Source: an uncultured Gammaproteobacteria bacterium
Lineage (GTDB): Bacteria > Patescibacteriota > Patescibacteriia > UBA2591 > UBA6264
Assembly: GCA_964528795.1 (NCBI GenBank)
Contig: CAZGUY010000002.1
Span: forward strand, 1 to 48,812
Direction: 5' to 3'
DNA: 48,812 bases
Program-made: the position numbers and the translations under genes
In this document: in pieces, positions 1 through 7,657 of the stretch
How positions within the stretch are numbered: position 1 is the stretch's first letter
How the letters are laid out: every line of letters begins with the position of its first letter
The notes under the pieces: model-generated
The model's database searches: none
Told to the model about the DNA's origin: nothing
What the model saw: the letters and a program-made list of their open reading frames with translations, nothing else

Positions 1-80
1 TAAGGTTAACAGTTTTTGGTTAATCTCCTAACAGGTTGCACCTGCGAGGAGGTTGAGAGGGAGATCGAATCTCCCTATGG
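1..80. repeat. GC-rich modular hairpin element, copy 1 (modules A-B-C, cut by window edge)
   Basis: Stems AGGTTAAC/GTTAATCT (3-26), CAGGT-TGC-ACCTG (32-44) and GGGAGAT-CGA-ATCTCCC (59-75) lie in an AT-rich spacer 3' of the minus-strand gene ending at 172. The same modules recur at 2944, 4522, 6272 and 10829. Confidence 0.7.
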
Positions 81-131
81 TTCTCTATGATCTAGATTTT
101 AACATTTATCCACAGGATATCAACATATATT

Positions 132-166
132 ATAGATGTGTCATAGATGTGTCATAGATGTGTCAT
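132..166. repeat. 11-nt tandem repeat ATAGATGTGTC x3
   Basis: Three perfect head-to-tail copies read directly in the sequence, between hairpin element copy 1 and the stop codon at 172. Confidence 0.9.
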
Positions 167-171
167 TTCGC

Positions 172-1704
172 TTAAAAAAGGCCTGCTTGACCTTTATCTT
201 TTTTTTGATTTTTTTGAATATCTTTACTAAATATTTTTTTTGTAAGAGTATATTTTACATTTGGGCCTAGTTTTTTGTTTCTACTAACAATATCCCTTTT
301 TTCTAAACCACGTATTTTTCTTCTAATAGTAGGTCTTGATTTTTCTATTTCTTTTTGAAGATCAGAAGTTGTTCCTTCTTTATTCCGCAAAAGAAATCTT
401 ATTATTTTTTGCTCGTCTTTGTCTAATTTAGTAAATATATCTTTATTAATCTGTTCTTCTAATTTCTTTTTGTCGGTTGGTTCTCTTTCATTAATTTTAT
501 TATAAAGGGTAATTGTAAAGTTGATTGCTTCTTTATCATTATTAAGCTCAGGTTCAGGTAAATTCATTTCAAGCATTTCGTCCCTTACTCTATCTAGCCC
601 CTCACTAGCTTTTTTGACATAACCTAATTTTAAAAGTGCTTCCATAATTAAGGGGTTGCGAGGGTAGGTTTTTTTGTAGATATTTTTCTCGTTGACTATA
701 TGGGGAAGAGTGCCGGGACTAGTTACTTCTAATCTATTATCGAACATTCTTATAAAAATATTTTCATTTTTTATATCATATGCTCTATGGGCTATGGCAT
801 TAACTATTAGTTCTTCTCATGCAAAGGGAGGATATTCTGGTATAGTAGTAAATTTTCCATCTTCTTGTAAAAAGCTGAATTCTTTAATTTGATTTTTTAT
901 CATATCAGAGGCATCTTGTATTTGTTTAGTTATTGACCCTTTGAAAGTTTGATCTTTTATTATATTAGATTTTTTTCCAGTTAGTACTTTCTTCCCTTTA
1001 TACCTTAAAAATCTTATATGAGCTCCTGGTATGAAATTATCTGGTCTGTCATGAAATAAAAGTAGCCCTGCTTTATTAATTTGTATCTTATTGTTTTCTT
1101 TTTTGCCAAAATTATTATGTAATATAGTTTCTTTAATTCTAGGTTTTTTATTTAATGCATCTCTGTCTATCCACCCTTGTATAAATTCTTTAATTTTTTC
1201 TTTATTTAAATCATCTAATTTAAGATTAGGAACTGGCTCTTCTTCAAATCTACTTTCTCCTTTATCTTGTTTCATTAACTTTTTTTCTTCTGAGAGTAGT
1301 TCAATTCTTTCGTCACCAACCCTTTTATAAGCAGTACCGTCAGTTTTTTCTATTACCTTATTCCGAGAAAAATGTACATAAAAAAGAAGAAATTTATATT
1401 TATTGTTATTATATTTAGTAGAAAAGGTTTTATACTCAATCTGAGCATTAGGGCAAAAGTCTTTAGGAGCTTGCTCTAATTTGTTTTTTCTTTTGGTTCC
1501 AATACTTTGAAGGCCAACAACTTTAGTATCGTTTTTGATTCCTACAACTATTAAGCCCCCTTCAATGCTACTGTTAGCAAAAGCTGAAAAATATTCGGCC
1601 AGATCTTTTGGATTTATTTTAGCGGATTTTTTCTCAAAGTTTTGATCTTCGGTTTTTTGGATAAAAGTTTTAAGGTCTGGTTTTTTATATAATTTTTTAA
1701 TCAT
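172..1704 (-). pseudogene. AlbA_2 (Schlafen-like) + HATPase_c_4-like + wHTH putative DNA-binding regulator, interrupted by one in-frame TGA (817-819)
   Basis: ORFs 817..1704 and 172..747 are in the same frame. The 69 nt between them translate to EELIVNAIAHRAYDIKNENIFIR, which matches REAILNAIAHRDY of the intact paralogue 3037..4383. The N-terminus carries the AlbA_2 motif AFANSSIEGGLIVVG. Confidence 0.75.
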
Positions 1705-1844
1705 AATTTTTTTTATATTCCATATCTGAATTATATATTAGCCAAAGTTAAATATCAAGCTAAGTTTATATAAAAGGCGAACGTTTTGAATGAAAGTGGA
1801 TAGCGGTCAAATCGTCGAATAGTAATTAGATTGGTTGAATCTTT

Positions 1845-1887
1845 AAGGTTCGCTTTTGTGAACCTTTTGTGAACCCTTAAGGTTCAC
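1845..1887. repeat. Two GC-richer hairpins related to the modular element (AAGGTTC-N8-GAACCTT; GTGAACC-N5-GGTTCAC)
   Basis: Perfect 7-bp stems sharing the AAGGTT/GAACC words of module A. They lie 3' of minus-strand gene 1996..2784. Confidence 0.6.
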
Positions 1888-1995
1888 AGGTAGTTTATTT
1901 TCGTGCTAATTTATATATGTTATATGTTTATTTACAATGATTATTGTAAAATAATACAATAAAGTTGTTTTAGTAAAAGTGGTTATCAGTTTTTA

Positions 1996-2784
1996 TTAAT
2001 AAGCACTTACTTTAATAATAGAGTGGATCTTTCTATTTGTGGCTAATATTCCATTTTTGTTTTTTAATTGTTTTCTATTGTAAATATATTTTTGTCCATT
2101 AAGGTCAGTTAATTTACCTCCTGCTTGTTCAAGAATGATTTGGGGAGCACATATGTCCCATTGACCAGTTTTATTAGAAAGACTTATATATCCTTCAGCT
2201 TTACCTTCTACTATTTTACCTATTTTAACTCCTACACTACCAGTAGGGGTTATTTTTTTAACTTTATTATCTTGTAATACTTTTTTGGTTTTTTTATCTA
2301 AGTGGCTTCTACTAACAACAAAGTGTGACTTAGAAAGATCTGATATATTAGAAACTGTAAGTTTTTTAGGTTTTTGTTTGCCTTTTTTTAAATAAGTGCC
2401 TTGATTTTCCCTTGCAAAGTATAGTTTATCTTTAGTGGGTTGGTAAACTATTCCAAGGATAGGTCTTTTGTCCTTTACTAGTCCTATCATAATAGAGAAT
2501 TGGCCTGTTTTATCTAAAAGGTCATTAGTACCATCTAGGGGATCTATTATCCATACCTTTTCTTTATTTAAACGAGCCTTATTATCATCTTTTTCTTCTG
2601 ATAAAATACCGTAATTGAATTTTTTTAATTTTGAAAGAATTATCTTTTCAGAGATTAGGTCAGCTTCGGTAACAGGGGAGGTATCTTTTTTATAAAAAGT
2701 TTTGTAATCTTTTTGATATATTTTTAAGATTTTTTTACCAGCCTTCTTTATTGCCTTAATAGCTGTTTTAAGTTCTTTGTCCAT
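1996..2784 (-). CDS. cysQ: Inositol monophosphatase family protein, CysQ-like 3'(2'),5'-bisphosphate nucleotidase
   Basis: 262 aa. Motifs SPVTEAD, LSEE, WIIDPLDGT, VVSRSH and WDICA are colinear with my memory of E. coli CysQ. The symbol is tentative. Confidence 0.7.
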   Translation of the reverse strand: MDKELKTAIKAIKKAGKKILKIYQKDYKTFYKKDTSPVTEADLISEKIILSKLKKFNYGILSEEKDDNKARLNKEKVWIIDPLDGTNDLLDKTGQFSIMIGLVKDKRPILGIVYQPTKDKLYFARENQGTYLKKGKQKPKKLTVSNISDLSKSHFVVSRSHLDKKTKKVLQDNKVKKITPTGSVGVKIGKIVEGKAEGYISLSNKTGQWDICAPQIILEQAGGKLTDLNGQKYIYNRKQLKNKNGILATNRKIHSIIKVSAY

Positions 2785-2845
2785 TATGTTTTGAAATAAA
2801 AGATAAATTTTAAAGTATATAGATATTTTTAGTATTGATTGGCTA

Positions 2846-2908
2846 CTAAATACATATTCTCCGATATTTTGTATTTGTCAAATAACTTTTCTACAATTAA
2901 ACAATAAA
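2846..2908 (-). promoter_or_regulatory. 63-bp repeated promoter-like module, copy 1 (TTGACA at 2876-2881 on minus strand)
   Basis: About 90% identical to 5874-5936. It contains TTGACA with an A/T-rich -10-like hexamer 16-17 nt downstream and sits upstream of minus-strand gene 1996..2784. Confidence 0.45.
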
Positions 2909-2943
2909 AAGCAAGAATTTAATAAGAACCTCATTTGTGAATC

Positions 2944-3018
2944 CTTAAGGTTAACAGTCTTCGGTTAACCTCCTAACAGGTCGCACCTGCGAGGGGGTAG
3001 GGTGGTTTGACCGCCCTA
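2944..3018. repeat. GC-rich modular hairpin element, copy 2 (modules A-B-D)
   Basis: Stems AGGTTAAC-N8-GTTAACCT (2948-2971), CAGGT-CGC-ACCTG, and TAGGGTGGT-TTG-ACCGCCCTA (2998-3018). Located immediately 3' of gene 3037..4383. Confidence 0.75.
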
Positions 3019-3036
3019 TTGTATTGTATAATATGC

Positions 3037-4383
3037 TTAATTTTTAATAATTTCCCAATGTCCCCCTTTTTTAGAGCCAACCCGCTTAATTTTTTTTGCT
3101 CTTTTTAATTTGCGGATATTTTTTTCTATACCTCTTTGGGTGATATTTATTTTTTGTGCCATTTGCTCAGTGGTTATAGATGGATTTTCTTTTATTAGGC
3201 GTATAATTTTTTCCGAACTTTTTTCCGAACTTTTTTCCGAACTTTTTTCTCTATCTTCAATGCTTTTTTTTGCTAAGTCAGGACGTTTAAAAGATATGCT
3301 AAACCAATTTTTATCAGCTTTTATATTAGGAGAGGGGAGTTTATATGAAGACATTGCATTTTTAATTCTTAATAAACCAGAGCCTATCTTTTCTACTAAA
3401 TCCATCCTTTGCATTAAGCCAAAGAGTAAGGGGTTTCTTGAAATACTTCTGTTGTATAAATCTTTTACTTCTAAGTCACCTAAAAGACCACCTGGGTTTG
3501 TAATTTCAACTCTATTTTTAAAAACATCTATTTGAATATGAGCTGTAGAAAAATAATCTCTATGAGCTATAGCGTTTAAAATAGCTTCTCTTAGGGCTTG
3601 TTCTGGCAATTCTAATTTTTCTTCTCTGGGGCCTCCTTTTATAATGTACTCTGTATTAAGCTTAGAGGACAAAAATTGCATAGCATTTTTATAATTGGAA
3701 TAAATATCTGATTTAAATTCTTTTCTGTCTAAAATTTTATACTTATCTTTTCCTTGGTACAAAACACAAGTTATAGTGGCGCTTATAAAAAACTTTGTTA
3801 TATCATTTGAAAAAAGCAAGATCCCTGCATTTTTCATTTGATTGTTTTTTATTAATCTCAAATTTTTTAAAAGTTCTATTTTATTTAAGTTGTCAGTTGC
3901 ATTTATATTATTTAAAAACTGTTTAAATTTTTCTTGAGATAGATCAGTTTTTAAATTAAACTCTTTATTTAGCATTTCATCAAATCTTATTAGGTTTTCT
4001 CTTTTAAATAGCTGTTTTACTTCATCTGTTTTTAGCTTTTGGGAATTAGCACCTTGTCTTTGATAAAAAGTTCCTCCTAAAGAATAGGGTCGTTTTTCTC
4101 CCGTGGGTATTTCTACAATAATAATATTATTATGAGAAGAAACTGAAACTTTTAAAGAAGGATCTATATTTCTGGCATAATTTTGAATTTTTGACCCTAA
4201 AGAATTAGTGTCCTTAATGCCTTTTATTTTTCCTAAGTCGTTTACACCTAAAAGTATTTTTCCACCGTTACTATTAGCAAAAGCACAGATATCTTTACCA
4301 ATAGAGTCGCTTAAGGATTTTTTAAACTCTAAATTATATCCTTCTCCTTGTTTAATTAAAGCTTTTATTTTTTTAGTGCCCAT
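3037..4383 (-). CDS. AlbA_2 (Schlafen-like) + HATPase_c_4-like + C-terminal wHTH putative DNA-binding protein/regulator
   Basis: 448 aa. Motifs AFANSNGGKILLGV, REAILNAIAHRDY and VEITNPGGL, plus the C-terminal HTH ITTEQMAQKINITQRGIEKNIRKLK. Confidence 0.8.
   Translation of the reverse strand: MGTKKIKALIKQGEGYNLEFKKSLSDSIGKDICAFANSNGGKILLGVNDLGKIKGIKDTNSLGSKIQNYARNIDPSLKVSVSSHNNIIIVEIPTGEKRPYSLGGTFYQRQGANSQKLKTDEVKQLFKRENLIRFDEMLNKEFNLKTDLSQEKFKQFLNNINATDNLNKIELLKNLRLIKNNQMKNAGILLFSNDITKFFISATITCVLYQGKDKYKILDRKEFKSDIYSNYKNAMQFLSSKLNTEYIIKGGPREEKLELPEQALREAILNAIAHRDYFSTAHIQIDVFKNRVEITNPGGLLGDLEVKDLYNRSISRNPLLFGLMQRMDLVEKIGSGLLRIKNAMSSYKLPSPNIKADKNWFSISFKRPDLAKKSIEDREKSSEKSSEKSSEKIIRLIKENPSITTEQMAQKINITQRGIEKNIRKLKRAKKIKRVGSKKGGHWEIIKN
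3207..3242. repeat. 12-nt tandem repeat (TTTTTTCCGAAC x3) inside CDS 3037..4383
   Basis: Read directly. It encodes the SEKSSEKSSEKSSEK linker between the ATPase-like and HTH parts. Confidence 0.9.
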
Positions 4384-4407
4384 ATTATATTTTTAATAAA
4401 AGGGAGG

Positions 4408-4483
4408 TTACCAATCTTTTACTTTCTTTTTAGTTTTCTTTTTTAGCTTTCTGTAAAACTTTTTAGCTGTATCTTCAAATTCA
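4408..4483 (-). pseudogene. Truncated 3'-terminal fragment (about 25 codons) of the excisionase-family HTH gene 5940..6185
   Basis: 76 nt nearly identical to 5940-6015, the stop codon plus the ...EFEDTAKKFYRKLKKKTKEKVKDW tail. Similarity ends abruptly at 4483 and there is no start codon. Confidence 0.8.
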
Positions 4484-4521
4484 TAGAGTCAACTTAAATA
4501 AATGAAGTAATTCCTCTCCTT

Positions 4522-4613
4522 GTGCACGCTTAAGGTGCACAACCACTGCCAGGTCGCACCTGGCAACCAGGTTGAACCTGGTCTGTTATTGGGGAGATCG
4601 AATCTCCCTATGG
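4522..4613. repeat. GC-rich modular hairpin element, copy 3
   Basis: Stems GTGCAC-N7-GTGCAC (4522-4540), CCAGGT-CGC-ACCTGG (4549-4563), CCAGGT-TGA-ACCTGG (4567-4581) and GGGAGAT-CGA-ATCTCCC (4592-4608) followed by TATGG. Located 3' of gene 4632..5843. Confidence 0.75.
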
Positions 4614-4631
4614 CTCTTTCATGGTATAGAT

Positions 4632-5843
4632 TTAAAGTTCCCAAATTTCTTTTATTGGATATTTGATATTTAATTTATCTTTGTTAATATCTGAGGAAAC
4701 AATTGAGAGCTGAATATTCGGGTATTCTTTTTGAAATTTTTTATAGGAAGATTTTTTAATGCTTTTAGGGTTACTTTTAACTTCAAAAGCCTTTTTATTG
4801 TTCACAACAAAATCTATTTCTTTTTGGTCGCTTGTTCGCCAAAATTTTATTTTATCTTTATGATATTTTTCTAAAAGCTGTCTAAAGCTAGCATTTTCTA
4901 ATATTTTTCCTTTATCTTGTCTTTTTGTTAAGGGTTTAAAGTTAGAAACAAAAAAGTTTCTTAGCCCCAGGTCTGAAAAGTATACTTTGGGCATTTTAGT
5001 TAATTCTTTTCTTATATTACTGTGAAATGGTTTTACAATATTAATGTGAAATGATTTTTGCATTATATACAGATAATTATCAATTAATGTTTTTGAAACA
5101 TCTAAAGTATTTGATAGTTCAGAAGCATTAACTAAGTTGCCCGTCTGGGCGGCTAAAATTTTAAATAGTTTGTAAAAAACTTCATCTTGTTTAATATTAG
5201 ATTCATAAACATCTTTTTTAATATAGGAATATGCAATATCTCTTAAAATGTCTTTTTTTTGGTTAATAGGGGATAGTACTACACGAGGGTACCCTCCATA
5301 AATGAGATATTCTTGAAAATAAAAGGTGATTTTTTCTTTTTCAGATAAACTTAATTTATTGAAGTTTTTTTGAGCTAATTTATTTTTGTCTTTAAATCTT
5401 AGAAATTCTTTAAAAGATAGTGTTTTGACATTAAATATTTTTTTTCTGCCAACTAAAGAATCCTTAAATTTTTTATCCATATAAAAAGCAGAAGATCCAG
5501 ATGCTATGATTTTTATTTTTTTCTTATATTCGTCCCAAAAGTATTTTAAAAAATTTGTTGGATTATCTAAATATTGAATTTCATCAATAATAAGAAAGTT
5601 CTTTTCATTTAGATCAATAGTAAAAATTTTAAATAAATTTTTTGGAGACTTATTTAATAACTCAAGATAATCAGGGTCTTCAAGATTTAAAAAATAATTT
5701 GTTTTATCTTTTTTTTCTAAAAAGGACTGGAGCTGTTTGAGAATAGTTGTTTTACCTGCTTGTCTAGATCCTACTAAAAGCAAAATATCGTCATTATTAA
5801 AATATTTTTTAATTTTAATTGTTAAATCTCTTATTATACTCAT
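4632..5843 (-). CDS. AAA-family ATPase (AAA_14 + DUF4143-type architecture)
   Basis: 403 aa. Walker A GSRQAGKTT and Walker B-like LIIDEIQ. The C-terminal region is typical of DUF4143-containing ATP-binding proteins. Confidence 0.8.
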   Translation of the reverse strand: MSIIRDLTIKIKKYFNNDDILLLVGSRQAGKTTILKQLQSFLEKKDKTNYFLNLEDPDYLELLNKSPKNLFKIFTIDLNEKNFLIIDEIQYLDNPTNFLKYFWDEYKKKIKIIASGSSAFYMDKKFKDSLVGRKKIFNVKTLSFKEFLRFKDKNKLAQKNFNKLSLSEKEKITFYFQEYLIYGGYPRVVLSPINQKKDILRDIAYSYIKKDVYESNIKQDEVFYKLFKILAAQTGNLVNASELSNTLDVSKTLIDNYLYIMQKSFHINIVKPFHSNIRKELTKMPKVYFSDLGLRNFFVSNFKPLTKRQDKGKILENASFRQLLEKYHKDKIKFWRTSDQKEIDFVVNNKKAFEVKSNPKSIKKSSYKKFQKEYPNIQLSIVSSDINKDKLNIKYPIKEIWEL

Positions 5844-5873
5844 AAATTTGATTTTTTAAATATTAATTACTTT

Positions 5874-5936
5874 CTAAATACATTTTATCCGATATTTTGT
5901 ATTTGTCAAATAATTTTTCCACAATTAAACAATAAG
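5874..5936 (-). promoter_or_regulatory. 63-bp repeated promoter-like module, copy 2 (TTGACA-N16-TAAAAT on minus strand)
   Basis: About 90% identical to 2846-2908. TTGACA at 5904-5909 (reverse complement) and TAAAAT at 5882-5887 (reverse complement), upstream of gene 4632..5843. Confidence 0.5.
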
Positions 5937-5939
5937 TAG

Positions 5940-6185
5940 TTACCAGTCTTTTACTTTTTCTTTAGTTTTCTTTTTTAGCTTTCTGTAAAACTTTTTAGCT
6001 GTATCTTCAAATTCAGGTGAAACAGCTCTTAAAATTTCTATTCCTAGTATTCTATATCTACCTCCAACTTTGTTGGCTTTTATAATACCTTTTTTAAGCC
6101 AACGCTTAATAGTACTTTTAGAAACTTTTAAGTAATTTCTTGCTTCTTTTGTAGTATATACCTTACCTGGTTCAATTTTATTCAT
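5940..6185 (-). CDS. Excisionase-family / MerR-like helix-turn-helix DNA-binding protein
   Basis: 81 aa. YTTKEARNYLKVSKSTIKRWLKKGIIKANKVGGRYRI fits the HTH_17/excisionase pattern, followed by a basic tail. Confidence 0.7.
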   Translation of the reverse strand: MNKIEPGKVYTTKEARNYLKVSKSTIKRWLKKGIIKANKVGGRYRILGIEILRAVSPEFEDTAKKFYRKLKKKTKEKVKDW

Positions 6186-6271
6186 AAAAAATAATATAAA
6201 TTGATTATATTATTATTTTAAACGAAGTGTCATTAGGTGTCAATAAGTATTACTGTGTGGATAACTCAGTA

Positions 6272-6309
6272 GGGAGATCGAATCTCCGTATGGGGGTTAG
6301 ACCGCCCTA
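6272..6309. repeat. GC-rich modular hairpin element, copy 4 (modules C-D)
   Basis: GGGAGAT-CGA-ATCTCCG (6272-6288) followed by TATGGGGGT-TAG-ACCGCCCTA. Located 3' of gene 6319..7203. Confidence 0.7.
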
Positions 6310-6318
6310 TTATTTAAT

Positions 6319-7203
6319 TTATAATATATCAAGTATTTTCTGAGCAGGGTCAAAATTATTTGGTTGTCTACATTGAGCCATTTTTTCTATAATCTTTTTT
6401 ACATCTGAAGGGATTTCTATATCTTTATTTTTCTTAAGAAGTTTTAATAAAAGCCAAGCTGCTTTATTCCTGCAAATAGTAGAATGTTTTTTTATAAGAG
6501 CATAAATGGATTTGGGTTTTAATTCTGATTTATTTGTAGGTATATTTGATAAAGCAATAGCAGCATTGTTTGAAACTCCATAGGATGGATCTTTTTCTAG
6601 AGTTCTTGATAATATTTTACTAGTTTCATGATATTTTTCTTTTGAGGCCCAGTTTAAAAGATGGGCTGCTTGTATTCTATTTTTTTCATTTTTATCATTT
6701 AAGACAATCTTTCTTAATGTATCATAGTATTTTTTCACATGCTTGGTAAGTTTTCTTTCATAGTGTTTTAAGTTCTTGTCTTTTTTTGATGCTACAGACT
6801 CTCTATCTTTTTTATTAAATTCTTTTTGCATTGCTTTTTGGTAAGCTTTAAATGATTGTTTTAATTCCTTGGGTAATTTAAAAGTTTTTGTAAATTTTTT
6901 GAATTTTTTCTTTCTTTTTTTAGGGACGAGATTTATATCACAATAAATTTGTTGTTTAGCAGTTACTTTCCCCCTTTCATGAACAGTGCGATATATAATT
7001 GAATCAAAATTAATTTCTTTTTTAGGAAATTTCTCTTTTAGTATTTTTTTAGCCCCTTTTTTGAATTTGTCTTCTTTTTTATAAAATTTGTCTAAAGTTA
7101 TTTTTTGCCCTTCTTTAAGGCCAATTTTTTTGAATATTTTATCTTCATCTATATTATTTGCGCCCCAAATATTGCCTTTATGAATAGTATATTTTTTTGT
7201 CAT
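6319..7203 (-). CDS. Hypothetical protein with C-terminal HEAT/armadillo-like repeats (paralogue of 8662..9528)
   Basis: 294 aa. The N-terminal 25 aa are identical to 8662..9528. The C-terminal helical repeats (RIQAAHLLNW..., NNAAIALSNI..., CRNKAAWLLLKLL) resemble HEAT repeats. Confidence 0.65.
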   Translation of the reverse strand: MTKKYTIHKGNIWGANNIDEDKIFKKIGLKEGQKITLDKFYKKEDKFKKGAKKILKEKFPKKEINFDSIIYRTVHERGKVTAKQQIYCDINLVPKKRKKKFKKFTKTFKLPKELKQSFKAYQKAMQKEFNKKDRESVASKKDKNLKHYERKLTKHVKKYYDTLRKIVLNDKNEKNRIQAAHLLNWASKEKYHETSKILSRTLEKDPSYGVSNNAAIALSNIPTNKSELKPKSIYALIKKHSTICRNKAAWLLLKLLKKNKDIEIPSDVKKIIEKMAQCRQPNNFDPAQKILDIL

Positions 7204-7279
7204 AAGTTAAAAAGTTAGATTGATATATAATTTAGATCCTTTAAAAGGTTTTTTATGTGGAAATAGTGCAAATTAAAGG

Positions 7280-7308
7280 TTGACTTAATGATTTTATTAT
7301 GCTATTTT
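7280..7308 (+). promoter_or_regulatory. Putative promoter of the precursor gene (TTGACT-N17-TATTTT)
   Basis: -35 at 7280-7285 and a -10-like hexamer at 7303-7308, about 90 nt upstream of ATG 7397. Confidence 0.4.
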
Positions 7309-7396
7309 ATAGATAGTTAGTTCTTTAAATTGTTAGCAAGTAAGCCGGTATCTGCTAACTTTATTTAAACCGGATTTAAAAAAGGAGGTGGTGAAA

Positions 7397-7588
7397 ATGA
7401 GTAAAGCACCATTTATGGCTCGATTTGGAGAACACTATGATGGAGCATACCCTAGTAAAGGAAGTGGGGAGTATGATGGTGAAACGCAAATATACTGTCA
7501 AGACGAAAAAGAGCCCACTGTTTGCCCCACGCCTAGTGGTCCAAATGCCGACAAAGGTCATATAGATGACCAGAAAAGATGCGACTAA
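7397..7588 (+). CDS. Candidate graspetide (microviridin-like) RiPP precursor peptide, 63 aa
   Basis: GGAGG at 7384-7388, 8 nt before ATG 7397. The GTG at 7388 given in the ORF track lies inside the RBS. The leader APFMARF resembles the microviridin PFFARFL motif. The rest is rich in Ser/Thr/Lys and Asp/Glu and includes AYPSK..EYDGE. The gene lies directly upstream of an ATP-grasp gene. Confidence 0.7.
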   Translation: MSKAPFMARFGEHYDGAYPSKGSGEYDGETQIYCQDEKEPTVCPTPSGPNADKGHIDDQKRCD

Positions 7589-7598
7589 AAAAGTCAAT

Positions 7599-7634
7599 AG
7601 GTTGGACGGTGAAATAGCTGTCCAACCTCTTTTA
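7599..7634 (+). terminator. Intrinsic terminator/attenuator between precursor and ligase genes
   Basis: AGGTTGGAC (7599-7607) pairs with GTCCAACCT (7620-7628), followed by CTTTT. Confidence 0.6.
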
Positions 7635-7657
7635 AAAAGGAAAGAGGTGATTTAATT

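Noticed and set aside
59-80. tRNA or tRNA-fragment interpretation of GGGAGATCGAATCTCCC+TATGG (also at 4592 and 6272) and of TTCGAATCTCC at 34066, which resemble a T-arm and T-loop.
   Set aside because: No complementary acceptor 5' strand, D-arm or anticodon arm can be built upstream in any copy. The loop has A where T54 is expected. They are treated as repeat modules rather than tRNA genes or att-site remnants, although a tRNA-derived origin cannot be excluded.
817-819. Alternative genetic code (UGA read as Gly or Trp, as in some candidate phyla) to explain the in-frame TGA.
   Set aside because: TGA terminates other well-defined genes here (the ATGA overlap at 26904-26907, the stop at 39896-39898, and the 21239 peptide). 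All other long genes are free of internal TGA, so the standard code 11 applies.
7388-7396. GTG at 7388, given as the start of the precursor ORF in the track.
   Set aside because: This GTG is part of the AAGGAGGTG ribosome-binding site itself. The ATG at 7397 has proper 8-nt spacing from GGAGG, so the 63-aa form is preferred.
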